Source: a virus. Taken from it: 64,000 nucleotides of DNA. This document shows, in pieces, positions 21,357 to 32,400 of this stretch. Every line of letters begins with the position of its first letter. The first letter of the stretch is position 1. The DNA is taken from positions 1 to 64,000 of IMG/VR virus record IMGVR_UViG_3300006802_000086. One strand, given 5' to 3'. The position numbers and the translations under genes are program-made. The notes beneath the pieces are model-generated. The model searched no databases. It was not told the origin of the DNA and saw nothing but the letters and a program-made list of their open reading frames with translations.

Positions 21357-22333
21357 TGGTTAAAGATAGAGTACTTATTTTTGATGCACTTAATGTTTTT
21401 ATGAGACATTATATGGCGCATCCAGCAATGTCAGATAATGGTGAACAAATAGGTGGAATTGTGGGGTTTTATTATAATTTAGTTAATTTAATTGAAAAAT
21501 GTAAACCAGAGTCTGTCATTGTTGTATGGGAGGGCGGAGGATCAAAAAGAAAGCGAGACATATATCCAGACTACAAAAAAGGTAGTAGACCTGCAAAAAT
21601 GAATAGGTACTACGATAATGATGAAATACCTGACAGCATTGCAAATAGAAATTTTCAAATCAAAAATCTAGTAGGAATATTATCTAATCTACCAATTTGT
21701 CAAGTCTATATTGAAGATGCAGAAGCCGATGATGCGATAGGTTATATTTGCAAGTACAAACTATCAAACAAAAATAAAGTAATAGTCTCCGGAGACCATG
21801 ATTTCTATCAACTAGTCGACGATAATTGTATTATCTATTCTCCTAACTCTAAGTCTTTTGTCGATAAAAAGACCGTAATTAAAAAATACGGAATACATCC
21901 GAACAACTTTTGCCTTGCCAAATCAATGGTAGGCGATAAATCAGATAATATACCAGGGGTACCCGGTCTAGGATTTAAAACGCTAGCTAAAGAGTACGGA
22001 TCGATACTTTTAAAGGAAGATTTTGATAATAACACTTTACAACTATTCATTGATAACGACGTTAAACACAGTGATAATCCAAAGAAAAAGCTATATAAAA
22101 CCATTAAAGACAGTGAAAAGTTAATAGAACGTAATGTGAAGTTGGTCAGATTGGATGTAGATAACCTAGTACATATGCAAACTAAAAGAATTGATGAAAG
22201 TATTGAAAATTTTAAGCCGACATGGAATAATATAAACGCAATTAAATACCTTAAAGAGAATAATATAAAAAATATAGACATACTACAACATGGCTATTTA
22301 TTTAAAACTTTAACCCAAGGAAAAATAATATAA
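21356..22333 (+). CDS. 5'-3' exonuclease / flap endonuclease (T4 RNase H-like)
   Basis: LIFDALN, YKKGS, EADDAI, SGDHDFYQL, GDKSDNIPGVPGLG. Confidence 0.92.
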   Translation: MVKDRVLIFDALNVFMRHYMAHPAMSDNGEQIGGIVGFYYNLVNLIEKCKPESVIVVWEGGGSKRKRDIYPDYKKGSRPAKMNRYYDNDEIPDSIANRNFQIKNLVGILSNLPICQVYIEDAEADDAIGYICKYKLSNKNKVIVSGDHDFYQLVDDNCIIYSPNSKSFVDKKTVIKKYGIHPNNFCLAKSMVGDKSDNIPGVPGLGFKTLAKEYGSILLKEDFDNNTLQLFIDNDVKHSDNPKKKLYKTIKDSEKLIERNVKLVRLDVDNLVHMQTKRIDESIENFKPTWNNINAIKYLKENNIKNIDILQHGYLFKTLTQGKII

Positions 22334-23715
22334 TGAATGCAATGGCAAACAATAACTACTTTTCTAAATACGGCAAAGATTTTCAAGAAAAGATTTTTCA
22401 AGCGCTACTAGATGATCATATGTGGGCTGCACAGATGATGGAGGTAATGAAGTTTGATTATTTCGAATTAAAATATCTTCAATTTTTATGTGATAGATTT
22501 TTTGGTTTCCACGAAAAGTATAGAAACTTTCCAACTATGCAACTGTTAGTATCTATGATCAAAGATGATTTATCATCAGGCGATGATATCATCTTAAGAG
22601 AACAAGTAATTGAGTATCTTACACGTATTAAGTCTAATCCAAACTTTGGTGATCTTAAGTTTGTCAAAGATAAAACACTAGACTTTTGTAAAAAACAAGC
22701 ACTACAACAAGCACTTGAAGAAAGCGTAAAAGCAATTAAATCAGAAAATTATGAGTCAGTACTCAGCATTATGAAAGATGCTGTCTTTAAAGGTAATTCT
22801 TCAACAATTGGACACGACTTTTTTGAAGATCATGAATCAAGATTTACACTTGTAGATCGTGCAACATGCCCAACAGGTATCACCCATCTAGATAAAAAAG
22901 ATGTGCTTAATGGCGGTTTAGGTAGAGGAGAAATTGGAGTTGTAGTTGCTAATACTGGGGTTGGAAAATCTCACTACTTAGTATCTATGGGTGCTGAAGC
23001 ACTTCGAAGAGGTAAGAATGTTGTGCATTATACGTTTGAGTTAACAGAGACAGCAGTAGGAATTAGATATGATTCAAACTTATGCAATATACCGTCTTCA
23101 AACGTCTATGAAAATAAAGAAAAAATACTCAAAACTTATTCAGAAAGCGACTTTGGTCGCTTAATAATTAAGCAATACCCAACAGGGGCTGCGAGCATTG
23201 TTACAATTAGAAATCACTTGGAAAAATTATCAATGAAAGATTTTAAACCGAGTTTAATTGTAATAGACTATGCAGATATTATGCGATCTACTCGTACTTA
23301 TGACTCACTTAGACACGAACTAAAATTAGTCTATGAGGAACTTAGAAACTTGGCAATGGAAATGAACATACCTATCTGGACAGCATCTCAAGCAAACAGA
23401 GATTCAGCTAAGTCTGAAGTTGTTGGACTGGAAAATATGTCTGAAGCTTACGGAAAAGCTATGGTTGCTGACGTCGTTGTCTCCCTTTCTAGGAAGCCTA
23501 TGGAAAAATCAACAGGTGCAGGTCGACTCTTTGTGGCAAAAAATAGAGCAGGGCGCGACGGTCTTATGTTTCCTATTCGCATCGATACAGCTAGATCTAA
23601 AATAGAAGTTTTAGAAGATGTGGGCGAAATGTCTATTACAGATGCTATCGAGGCTAGTAATGCTGGGACCAAAAATATGCTAAAATCAAAGTGGAAAGAA
23701 ATTACAGGAAAATAA
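22333..23715 (+). CDS. Replicative helicase (DnaB / T4 gp41-like)
   Basis: GGLGRGE, ANTGVGKS, YTFEL, IDYADIM, WTASQANR, KNRAGRDG. Confidence 0.93.
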   Translation: MNAMANNNYFSKYGKDFQEKIFQALLDDHMWAAQMMEVMKFDYFELKYLQFLCDRFFGFHEKYRNFPTMQLLVSMIKDDLSSGDDIILREQVIEYLTRIKSNPNFGDLKFVKDKTLDFCKKQALQQALEESVKAIKSENYESVLSIMKDAVFKGNSSTIGHDFFEDHESRFTLVDRATCPTGITHLDKKDVLNGGLGRGEIGVVVANTGVGKSHYLVSMGAEALRRGKNVVHYTFELTETAVGIRYDSNLCNIPSSNVYENKEKILKTYSESDFGRLIIKQYPTGAASIVTIRNHLEKLSMKDFKPSLIVIDYADIMRSTRTYDSLRHELKLVYEELRNLAMEMNIPIWTASQANRDSAKSEVVGLENMSEAYGKAMVADVVVSLSRKPMEKSTGAGRLFVAKNRAGRDGLMFPIRIDTARSKIEVLEDVGEMSITDAIEASNAGTKNMLKSKWKEITGK

Positions 23716-23728
23716 ACAAGGAGTAAGA

Positions 23729-26203
23729 ATGTATACACACGAGCAAGTATTTCAAGCTAGTCTTGAGTACTTTAAAGGGGATGAGCTAGCAGCGAGCGTC
23801 TTTACAAATAAATACGCTTTACAAGATGAAAAAGGAAATTATAAAGAATCAACACCAGACGATATGCATAGAAGGCTGGCTAGAGAATTTGCGAGGATTG
23901 AGAGAAAGTATCCTAACAATATGGTTCTTGAAGAAATTTATCAACTATTAAAAGACTTTAAATATGTGGTGCCACAAGGCTCACCAATGAGTGGTATTGG
24001 AAATGAAGCAAAAATTCAATCTTTATCGAACTGCTTTGTCATTGAATCCCCTGCCGATTCTTATGGGGGAATTCTTAAGACGGACCAAGAACAAGTTCAA
24101 ATCATGAAGCGCAGGGGTGGCGTTGGTTTTGATGTGTCAAAAATTAGACCAAAAGGTATGTACACATCTAACGCAGCAAAAACAACAGACGGAATTGAAG
24201 TATTCTTAGATCGTTTCTCTAATTCATGCCGAGAAGTTGCGCAAGGCGGACGACGTGGTGCGTTAATGTTGTCAATTTCTGTTCATCATCCTCAAGTGAT
24301 GGATTTTATTAAAATTAAGCGAGACTTGACACGTGTGACAGGTGCAAATATCTCAGTTCGTGTAACAGATGAGTTTATGAAAGCTGTTAAATCTGGAACG
24401 GAGTATGTCCAACGTTGGCCAGTAGACTCTCAAACCCCAGAGGTTCATGATCACGTCGACGCAAAAGAAGTTTGGGATGCACTAATTGAAGGTGCACATG
24501 CTTCTGCTGAACCCGGGGTTTTATTTTGGGATACAGCTACACGAATGACTCCATCTGATGTATATACAGCTGATGGTTTTGGTTCTGTTTCTACAAACCC
24601 GTGCGGCGAGATTATCTTATCACCTTACGACTCATGCCGTCTAATGCTGGTTAACCTTACTTCTTTTATTAAAAACCCGTGGACAGAAAAAGCAGAGTTT
24701 GATTATGGTCTTTTTAGAGATGTATCAAGAAAAGCACAGCGTTTAATGGATGATATGATTGATTTAGAAATTGAGCAAATTGAAAAAATCCTTGCTAAGA
24801 TTGATTCTGATCCAGAAGAAGAGTCTGTAAAAGTAGCAGAAAGAAACTTATGGCAAACAATTAAAAAAGTCGCTATTGATGGTAGAAGAACTGGTTTAGG
24901 AATTACCGGCTTAGGTGATGCTCTTGCAATGTTAGGTCAAACTTATGGATCTGATGAAAGCATTAAGACGACAGAAGAAATTTATAAATGGTTGTCATTA
25001 GCATCTTACGAAGAGTCAATTCAGCTAGCCAAAGAACGTGGAAGCTTTCCTATCTGGAGCGAAGAAAAAGAGAAAGGGCACCCATTCCTTGACAGAGTCA
25101 TTTCAGAACTTACTCCTGAAGTTCAAGCTGACTATAAAAAATATGGTCGTCGCAATATTGCAAATACAACAACTGCTCCTGCTGGATCCGTTTCTTGCTT
25201 GACACAAACAACAAGTGGTATCGAGCCTGCATTTATGCTATATTATAAGCGTCGCAAGAAAGTTCAAGCTGACGAAGAAGTTATGTTTGTTGATGATTTA
25301 GGTGATGAGTGGACAGAGTTCCTTGTGTATCATCACGGCTTTAAGGAATGGCTAGATTCTCAAGTCGGCCGTGCGTGGGTCGAACCAGAGCATGCTGTTG
25401 CGGAGAGTCCTTATGCTGGTGCAACTGCAAATGAAATTAATTGGCGTGCAAAAGTAGAACTCCAGTCAGTTGCACAAAAGTGGATCTGCCATGCTATCTC
25501 GAATACTACGAACTTGCCAAATGATATCGATGTAGAAACTGTGAAAGACATCTATATGATGGGCTGGGAACTAGGATGTAAGGGTGTGACTGTATACCGT
25601 GACGGTTCTCGTTCAGGTGTTCTCGTATCTACTGATGAAAAGAAGACAGAGGCAGGTATTGTCGAAAGAGACGCGCCAAAAAGACCTGAAGAGCTGGAAT
25701 GCGATATCTACCATACCTCAGTAAAAGGCCAAAAATGGGTTGTTCTTATTGGCCTACTTGACGGTAAGCCGTATGAGGTCATTGGAGGCTCTGCGGATCA
25801 AATAGAGATCCCTTCTAGATTTAGAAATGGTAAACTATATAAACGAGTCTTCAAGACAAAGAACAGTAAATACGACCTTACCATTGGTGAAGATGACAAC
25901 AAGCTTGTCGTAAAAGATGTAGTATCAGTATTTGATAATCCTAATCATGCTGGCTATACAAGAGTTATTTCAACATCTCTTCGTCATGGCGTGCCAGTTC
26001 AGTATCTTGTAGAACAAATGCAAAAAGATAAAGAAATGGACATGTTTAGTTTTAGCAAGGTTATTTCACGTTGTCTTAAAAACTATATTATTGACGGAAC
26101 TGAAGTCGGAAAAACATGCTCTGAGTGCGGAACTGAAGGGAGTCTAGTATATCAGGAGGGTTGTGTAACGTGCAAAAGTTGTGGAAGTGGAAAATGTGGT
26201 TAA
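23729..26203 (+). CDS. nrdJ: Class II (adenosylcobalamin-dependent) ribonucleotide reductase
   Basis: PQGSPM, SNCFV, RRGGVG, QGGRRGALM, EPG, TNPCGE, APAGSVS, KGVTVYRDGSR; C-terminal Cys cluster; no small subunit adjacent. Confidence 0.92.
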   Translation: MYTHEQVFQASLEYFKGDELAASVFTNKYALQDEKGNYKESTPDDMHRRLAREFARIERKYPNNMVLEEIYQLLKDFKYVVPQGSPMSGIGNEAKIQSLSNCFVIESPADSYGGILKTDQEQVQIMKRRGGVGFDVSKIRPKGMYTSNAAKTTDGIEVFLDRFSNSCREVAQGGRRGALMLSISVHHPQVMDFIKIKRDLTRVTGANISVRVTDEFMKAVKSGTEYVQRWPVDSQTPEVHDHVDAKEVWDALIEGAHASAEPGVLFWDTATRMTPSDVYTADGFGSVSTNPCGEIILSPYDSCRLMLVNLTSFIKNPWTEKAEFDYGLFRDVSRKAQRLMDDMIDLEIEQIEKILAKIDSDPEEESVKVAERNLWQTIKKVAIDGRRTGLGITGLGDALAMLGQTYGSDESIKTTEEIYKWLSLASYEESIQLAKERGSFPIWSEEKEKGHPFLDRVISELTPEVQADYKKYGRRNIANTTTAPAGSVSCLTQTTSGIEPAFMLYYKRRKKVQADEEVMFVDDLGDEWTEFLVYHHGFKEWLDSQVGRAWVEPEHAVAESPYAGATANEINWRAKVELQSVAQKWICHAISNTTNLPNDIDVETVKDIYMMGWELGCKGVTVYRDGSRSGVLVSTDEKKTEAGIVERDAPKRPEELECDIYHTSVKGQKWVVLIGLLDGKPYEVIGGSADQIEIPSRFRNGKLYKRVFKTKNSKYDLTIGEDDNKLVVKDVVSVFDNPNHAGYTRVISTSLRHGVPVQYLVEQMQKDKEMDMFSFSKVISRCLKNYIIDGTEVGKTCSECGTEGSLVYQEGCVTCKSCGSGKCG

Positions 26204-26247
26204 AATGTCCATGTTGCGAATGTGATTCTTGCGATTGTCATAAATAA
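26194..26247 (+). CDS. Putative 17-aa Cys-rich micropeptide MWLKCPCCECDSCDCHK
   Basis: Hand-translated; overlaps the nrdJ stop; 6 Cys and 1 His. Confidence 0.4.
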   Translation: MWLKCPCCECDSCDCHK

Positions 26248-26322
26248 AATTAATTAAAACTTTTAAGACATATATAGATAATTAATTAATAATTAATATT
26301 TGTATGATAGGAGAAAATTATA

Positions 26323-27291
26323 ATGAAAATAACAAAAAAGCAACTAAATGCTCTAATTGAAAGTTTTTTATTGAATGAGGATAGCGAGGTTGATTACGAA
26401 TCTGAAGTGGGCGAAGAAGAAAATGAAACATCCGACAAAAAATCTTCTAGAGGCTACACTAAAGTTAAATATGCATCTCCATACTTAGGTAATACACTTT
26501 CTGAATTCCAGAACTGGGCGAGTAAAAATGGAATGCCTGGAGAGTTTATGAATTATCTAGATCATCTAGAAAATATTACAAATCGATCGAAAGAGCTTGG
26601 TAACTTAACAGACTTAACAAGCGCCGGAGGTGTCGGTGCAATAGGCGGACAATTGTCAACTGAACAGGGAAGAAAAGCTTATCAACAGGAACAAACTGAC
26701 GGTATAGCACTTTTTAGAAAATTTATGACTAATGCAAATGGGCCATATACGCAACAAGCATTTAGTGCCATTACCGACAAAGCCAAATCAATTATTGAAT
26801 ATATTTATTCTAACGGAGGTGCACCAGTCGGACCGGGAACTGAATGGTCACCATCTGCACTTATTGACAAAGTTAGAGGTTCACTCGCGTCAGTGTTTGG
26901 TGACACATCCCCTAGGTTTATGTGCTCTGACTCCGGTGCCATGATTGCATTAGTTCCAATGACTGTTGACTATCAAAAAAATAAGTATGTACCTGCTTTA
27001 GAGAAAGATATGCCTCACCCTGTCGACGTCGAGCTTAAAAAGATCAGGTCTACATTATCTAAGCCACCAGGATATCAGTCTGATATTGATATTAAAATAC
27101 CTGGTAGCGATAATTATCTTGAGCCGGCATATATCGTTCCTATTCGATCTATAAACGACATAGCTACAAGCCTATCTCTTGTGGATAAATTTAATGAAAA
27201 AAATCAACTTACTAAAAGTGATATCGATCAACAAATTAGAGATAGAGGTCAAGACTTAGTAACAGTTGTAATTGCATTCACGAAGGTATAG
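26323..27291 (+). CDS. Leader-bearing hypothetical protein (MKITKKQLNALIESFLLNE)
   Basis: Shared N-terminal motif followed by an acidic linker; SD AGGAG. Confidence 0.6.
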   Translation: MKITKKQLNALIESFLLNEDSEVDYESEVGEEENETSDKKSSRGYTKVKYASPYLGNTLSEFQNWASKNGMPGEFMNYLDHLENITNRSKELGNLTDLTSAGGVGAIGGQLSTEQGRKAYQQEQTDGIALFRKFMTNANGPYTQQAFSAITDKAKSIIEYIYSNGGAPVGPGTEWSPSALIDKVRGSLASVFGDTSPRFMCSDSGAMIALVPMTVDYQKNKYVPALEKDMPHPVDVELKKIRSTLSKPPGYQSDIDIKIPGSDNYLEPAYIVPIRSINDIATSLSLVDKFNEKNQLTKSDIDQQIRDRGQDLVTVVIAFTKV

Positions 27292-27328
27292 CTTAAGCCT
27301 AACTATAGTAATAGTAGTTACAAAACTT

Positions 27329-27359
27329 AAAAGAGCAATGTACATTGCTCTTTTTTTTT
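27329..27359 (+). terminator. Rho-independent terminator overlapping the clpP promoter
   Basis: AAAAGAGCAATG/TA/CATTGCTCTTTT perfect inverted repeat plus T run; TATAAT at 27362. Confidence 0.8.
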
Positions 27360-27404
27360 GTTATAATAAACTATAATTAAAATTGATAAATAAAAGGAGA
27401 ATCA

Positions 27405-28007
27405 ATGCTTTGGAAATATAATACGTCACCCCTCATTAAAGAGTACGAACTTCACATGCAACCCGTTATTGTAACAGTCAATAAGTTTGATGAAGAGTCT
27501 GCAAAAGAGTTTCGAAACAAAGTAGCATTAGCTCACAACACTGGCCAAAAAATCATTCCAGTTGTTATTGACTCTTACGGAGGACAAGTATATTCCCTAA
27601 TGTCAATGATATCGACAATCAAAGGGTCAGAGTTGCCTATCGCAACAATCGTCCAAGGTAAGGCTATGAGCTGTGGTGCTATTCTTTTCTCATTTGGAAA
27701 GGAAGGATATCGTTTCATTGATAGAAATGCAACAGTTATGATTCATGATGTTTCTTCAGGACAACTAGGCAAAGTTGATGAAGTTGTTGCATCAGCGAAA
27801 GAAACTGAAAGATTAAATGAAATTGTTTATAAAATGATGGCGCAGAATTGTGGTAAAAAAGACGATTACTTTTTAAAACTAGTAGACAAGAAAAAACACG
27901 CTGACTGGTTTTTGGATGCTGAAGAATGTATAAAACATGATCTGGCAAATCATATTAGAATACCAAAAATTAACGTCAATGTGGATGTTAACATTGATTT
28001 TGAATAG
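27405..28007 (+). CDS. clpP: ClpP-like serine protease
   Basis: IDSYGG, GKAMSCG (catalytic Ser), VMIHD (His), DWFLDAEE. Confidence 0.85.
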   Translation: MLWKYNTSPLIKEYELHMQPVIVTVNKFDEESAKEFRNKVALAHNTGQKIIPVVIDSYGGQVYSLMSMISTIKGSELPIATIVQGKAMSCGAILFSFGKEGYRFIDRNATVMIHDVSSGQLGKVDEVVASAKETERLNEIVYKMMAQNCGKKDDYFLKLVDKKKHADWFLDAEECIKHDLANHIRIPKINVNVDVNIDFE

Positions 28008-28035
28008 TTATCATTATTAACAGTGGGAGAGTCGA

Positions 28036-28500
28036 ATGGTAAATGAGTTAGCCCAGTATATTGGATGTACTAAAGCACTAGCGACATGGGTGCATGCTGC
28101 ACATCACGTTGCAAAAGGAAAAGGATTTATTGGTGATCATGAAAGTCTTTATGGAAAAATGTATGAGGAAATAATCGATGACTTTGATAAGCTAATCGAA
28201 AAATCTATTGTTATTACAGACTCAGAAGAGATAGCATGTCCTGTTACAATTACGAAAAATTCATTGCCGTTTGTGTCTAAATTTCAGTCACCTGCAAATC
28301 TAGATTCTGACATAATTGCTGTAACTGCATTAGACTTTATGCGTCACCATGTTGATCATTTAACCTCAGTGTATCACATACTAGATAGAGCCGGTGCACT
28401 AACGCTTGGTATGGACGATTATTTGGCTGCTGCAGCAAATCAATATGAAGAATATATATATCTGCTAGGACAACGTGTTAAGAGCGGGAGGGCATATTAA
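28036..28500 (+). CDS. Dps/ferritin-like protein
   Basis: HAAHHVAKGKGFIGDH...YEEIIDDFDKLIEK matches the Dps ferroxidase pattern. Confidence 0.7.
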   Translation: MVNELAQYIGCTKALATWVHAAHHVAKGKGFIGDHESLYGKMYEEIIDDFDKLIEKSIVITDSEEIACPVTITKNSLPFVSKFQSPANLDSDIIAVTALDFMRHHVDHLTSVYHILDRAGALTLGMDDYLAAAANQYEEYIYLLGQRVKSGRAY

Positions 28501-29393
28501 TGGATAAGGTTTTTTATAATGAAAGTTCTGCAGCGAATCTAGGTTGGAAACCAGACTGGTTCAGTTGCACTGATTTTGACGATGATTTGGTAGAAGCAAT
28601 TTCAGCATGGCAAAAGAAAAATGGTCTCAAACCAGATGGTTTATGTGGTCCAGGAACTTTTAGAAGAATTTACACAGAAAGACAAAGCGAAATTGACGAT
28701 TATATACCTGATCTGATTCCGGACAAAGACGAATCCTTTATTGTACACCAAGGAAATTTTTTTCCTATTGACTGGCCAAAAGTTGTGCTTTGGTCAGAAG
28801 AAAAAGGTTATAAAGCACGCAATGGTTTTACTTCTTATTTCGAACCTCGTGATATTAAAATGTTTGTTAATCATTGGGATGTATGCTTAAACAGTAAGAC
28901 ATGTTATAAAGTTTTAGCAAAAAGAGGATTAGCCGTTCATTTTCTTATTGATAATGATGGAACAATTTATCAGTTATTAGATATGAATCATGCTGCTTAT
29001 CATGCAGGAAGCAAGAAACACAATCATAGTTCAATCGGTGTCGAGATATCAAATGCATATGACCCCAAATATCAAAGCTGGTATCAGAAAAACGGCTATG
29101 GTGAAAGACCAATACTCACAGAAGAGACTGTCCATGGCAAAAGCTTAGGTGATTTTACAGGTTTTTATGATGTACAACTTAATGCGCTTAAAGCGCTTTG
29201 GAAGGCTGTTCACGAAGCAACAGGAATTCCTCTTAAGTGTCCTACCGATAAAGAGGGCAACACACTTAAAAAAGTATCAACATCAGCTGCAGCAAACAAT
29301 TTCAAAGGTTTTGTTAGTCATTATCACTTGACAAATAGAAAAATTGATTGTGCAGGCTTAGATATAAATGCAATGCTAAAAGATATTAAATAA
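28500..29393 (+). CDS. N-acetylmuramoyl-L-alanine amidase (Amidase_2) with peptidoglycan-binding domain; likely endolysin
   Basis: WQKKNGLKPDGLCGPGT; VNHWD, VHFLIDNDGTIYQL, AYHAG, SIGVEI, SHY...KIDC. Confidence 0.88.
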   Translation: MDKVFYNESSAANLGWKPDWFSCTDFDDDLVEAISAWQKKNGLKPDGLCGPGTFRRIYTERQSEIDDYIPDLIPDKDESFIVHQGNFFPIDWPKVVLWSEEKGYKARNGFTSYFEPRDIKMFVNHWDVCLNSKTCYKVLAKRGLAVHFLIDNDGTIYQLLDMNHAAYHAGSKKHNHSSIGVEISNAYDPKYQSWYQKNGYGERPILTEETVHGKSLGDFTGFYDVQLNALKALWKAVHEATGIPLKCPTDKEGNTLKKVSTSAAANNFKGFVSHYHLTNRKIDCAGLDINAMLKDIK

Positions 29394-29495
29394 AATATTT
29401 TTACACTTTTAATGGCAATTATATAATTAATTGTTATTAGGATTACTTCTGTATTCCAAGTTTAGTTTAGTTTAGTTTTTGTTTGAGTATAGTTA

Positions 29496-32400
29496 ATGAC
29501 TGCGATAAGAGTAAATGAGTCGTCGGGATCCATTGGGTCTCTACAAATTGCTGATGGATATGGAGGGTTTTTATCCGGAAGTATCATTGCAGGTTCAAAT
29601 GTAACTGTACAAGATGACGGAAGCGGAAACTTTACTATAGCTAGTACCGGAGGCGGTGGAAGTATAACAGTTAACTCAGGTTCTGTTAATGTTTCCACCG
29701 TTTCTACTATTGCAGCATCAGACGGGTTTATCGTTAATGATGAAGGTAGCGGAAGGGCAGCCTTAACAGCATCAATCGGTGTATCTGAAGACGGAACATA
29801 TACAGACGGTTTATTTAAAGACTTTACACCACAAACACGGTTAGGAGTCGCAATCGATCGGTTTAATGAGATTCTTTCTCTTTTAGCACCTGCTCCAGCA
29901 CCCGACCTAGACGATATAGATGTAGATGTTGACGGAACTGATGTTGAATTATCATTTGGCGCTTCTAATGACTTAGAAGGAGAAGTTACACCTTATTTTA
30001 GCGTAGGTACTGCTGCCGGTTTTTCTGCACTCGATGTTAACGATACATACTCGACAGCAGTTAGCGGAAACAATCTAAGGGCATCAGTTTTTACAGGCAC
30101 AACGCCAATAGTAGGCGATTTAAACGAAGATGTAATACAAGATCCGTCCGGGACAGGCAATAACTATCCAAACAAATCTTTTGGGAATGCTGATCAAGGA
30201 ACACTAAAATTAGAAATAAATGGATCTGTAATTCATACAGTCGATTTAACTAGTTTCACAGGCACAGGTAACCCAGGTAGCGGCACCGGTATCACGAATT
30301 CATCCGGATCCTGTTTTACAAACTTTTCAATCGCTGGTCCTGGAACATTAGATAATGGAACTGAATTTCCTAACTTTAAGCACAGGACAGGAAAGTTTAA
30401 AGTAATTACATCTGATCAACGTCAAGGTTGGAACTATGCTAGAGTCTTGCACGAATACGGAACTACAAATCTAACAACAAACTATGTTGAGTGGGTCAAC
30501 GATTCGAATGCAGACGCATTGACTGCAACAGGAAATGAAATTGACTTTACAGGCACAGGAACTGTCCACCTATCAGGCGTCGAGTATTTTACAGGTGGGT
30601 CAGTTGAATATCGCGTAAGAGGTAACAATGTTTATAGAAATGTTTACGATACTAACAATATAACATTTACTACTTCTAATGCAGGATCATTAAGTAGCGG
30701 TGTATCATTTTCTATATCAGGTCAGTCTAAACCTACTATCGATACAGTCTCAGGTGAAGATCATACAAAAGTATTACATTTAACCGGTTCAGGTAATGTT
30801 ACAGCAAATTACATGATTAACGGTTCTGTAACAGCCGGCGTTAATATTACGCATCCTTTAAAATCAAATCTTTCAAATGCCGGCCAGACAACTGCGTCTG
30901 GGATTCTTGCTTATAATTTGTCGAATAATTCTACAAATTTAGTTGAAACTTTTAGAAGAGAAAATTTTAGAATCGTATCCGGTTCATATAATAACCAGGC
31001 GTCACTAACAGACTCAGGAAATGTTTGGGACAGCACTGTCCATATGACAGCATCTAATGGTGCACACACAAATGGCCTACAATTTTATAATCAAAGATTA
31101 TATTCACCAACAAACACACTTAACTCTGGTGATTTTAGAGATACTGACGATGGTGGTTCATTAGATAATGCACCCAGAGAAAACCCTGATTATTCTGGAG
31201 AATCTGGCCAACGAACTTTTTATAGATGGTTTAGAAATGAAACAGGCACCACGCAATATGATTTCACAATTAATATTCAAGGAAGCGGTACAACCATAGT
31301 TCCAGCTGCAACAGGATTAGATAGTGGCAAAATAAGAGTTTTTGTTAAGTTTCCAAATAACGGAAGTAGAGAAACTGGTTGGCTAGATTTGGCAAATGAA
31401 TTTGTTTTAGACAACTATAATGACAATGACGGAGCACATACAGCAAACGGATCTCTTTCTTTTGACAACACACTAAATGCATTAAATTACGTAACCTTAG
31501 GGACAGTCGGTGTATTAGATGATGAATATATAGGATTACGAATTGAAGCTGATTCTAGTTGGACAGGTTATATTAGCCAAATAACTGTATCTTTCGGAGC
31601 GGGAACAGGTACAATAACACCCATTCCAGATTTAGATGACATTGACTGTAGTAACTCAGGAACAACAGCTTTGTTATCATTTGGTGCTACAAAATCTATA
31701 ACAGGATATGAAAATGTGGGCACAACTGCTGGGTTTAGCGCTGTAGGTTTAAATGGCTTATATAATCAAACGTCAAGTGGCAATAATTTAAGAAGAGCAG
31801 TTTTTGACAAAACAACTACTATAGAGGGTGTCTTGAACCAAGACGTGAGCTTTGTTTCTCCTGACTACGTAGCAAATTCTTTTTCGGATGCCAATAGTGG
31901 ATCTTTGGTTTTAGAAGTAAATGGAAGTGATTTACACTCAGTCGATTTAACCGGGGCATATAATAATGTAGGTTCTGGTGAGCCGGGTATTAATGATGGC
32001 ACCGGTGGAACATCTTTTACGGGTAATAGCGGGTTTTGGGACTTAAGTGTTTGGCGTCCTGCTGAATATGACAACGATGTTCCTTATTACTTAGAAATAC
32101 AAAGAACAGGTAAATACAGAGTTCATACAGACGATCAAAGGGACGGTTGGAATTATGCCAAGGTTAAACATATTGGTAGCTGGGGAACAAGAACTACCAA
32201 CTATGTTGAATGGGTAAACGATAGTGAAAGCCAAAATAACAATATTACAGATGCAGGAACTGGGATAACGCAATTTGGCGATGATGATATATTCCATTTG
32301 AGCGGTGTAAAATATTTTGTCAATCCGACAGGCAGTATCGAAACACGAATTAGCAATATCTATAAAAATGTCTATTCAAACGCTAGTGACGCAATATCTT

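Noticed and set aside
29460-29487. Short (GTTTA)n run upstream of the large structural gene
   Set aside because: Only about three units with no spacers; not a CRISPR array and too short to call an origin
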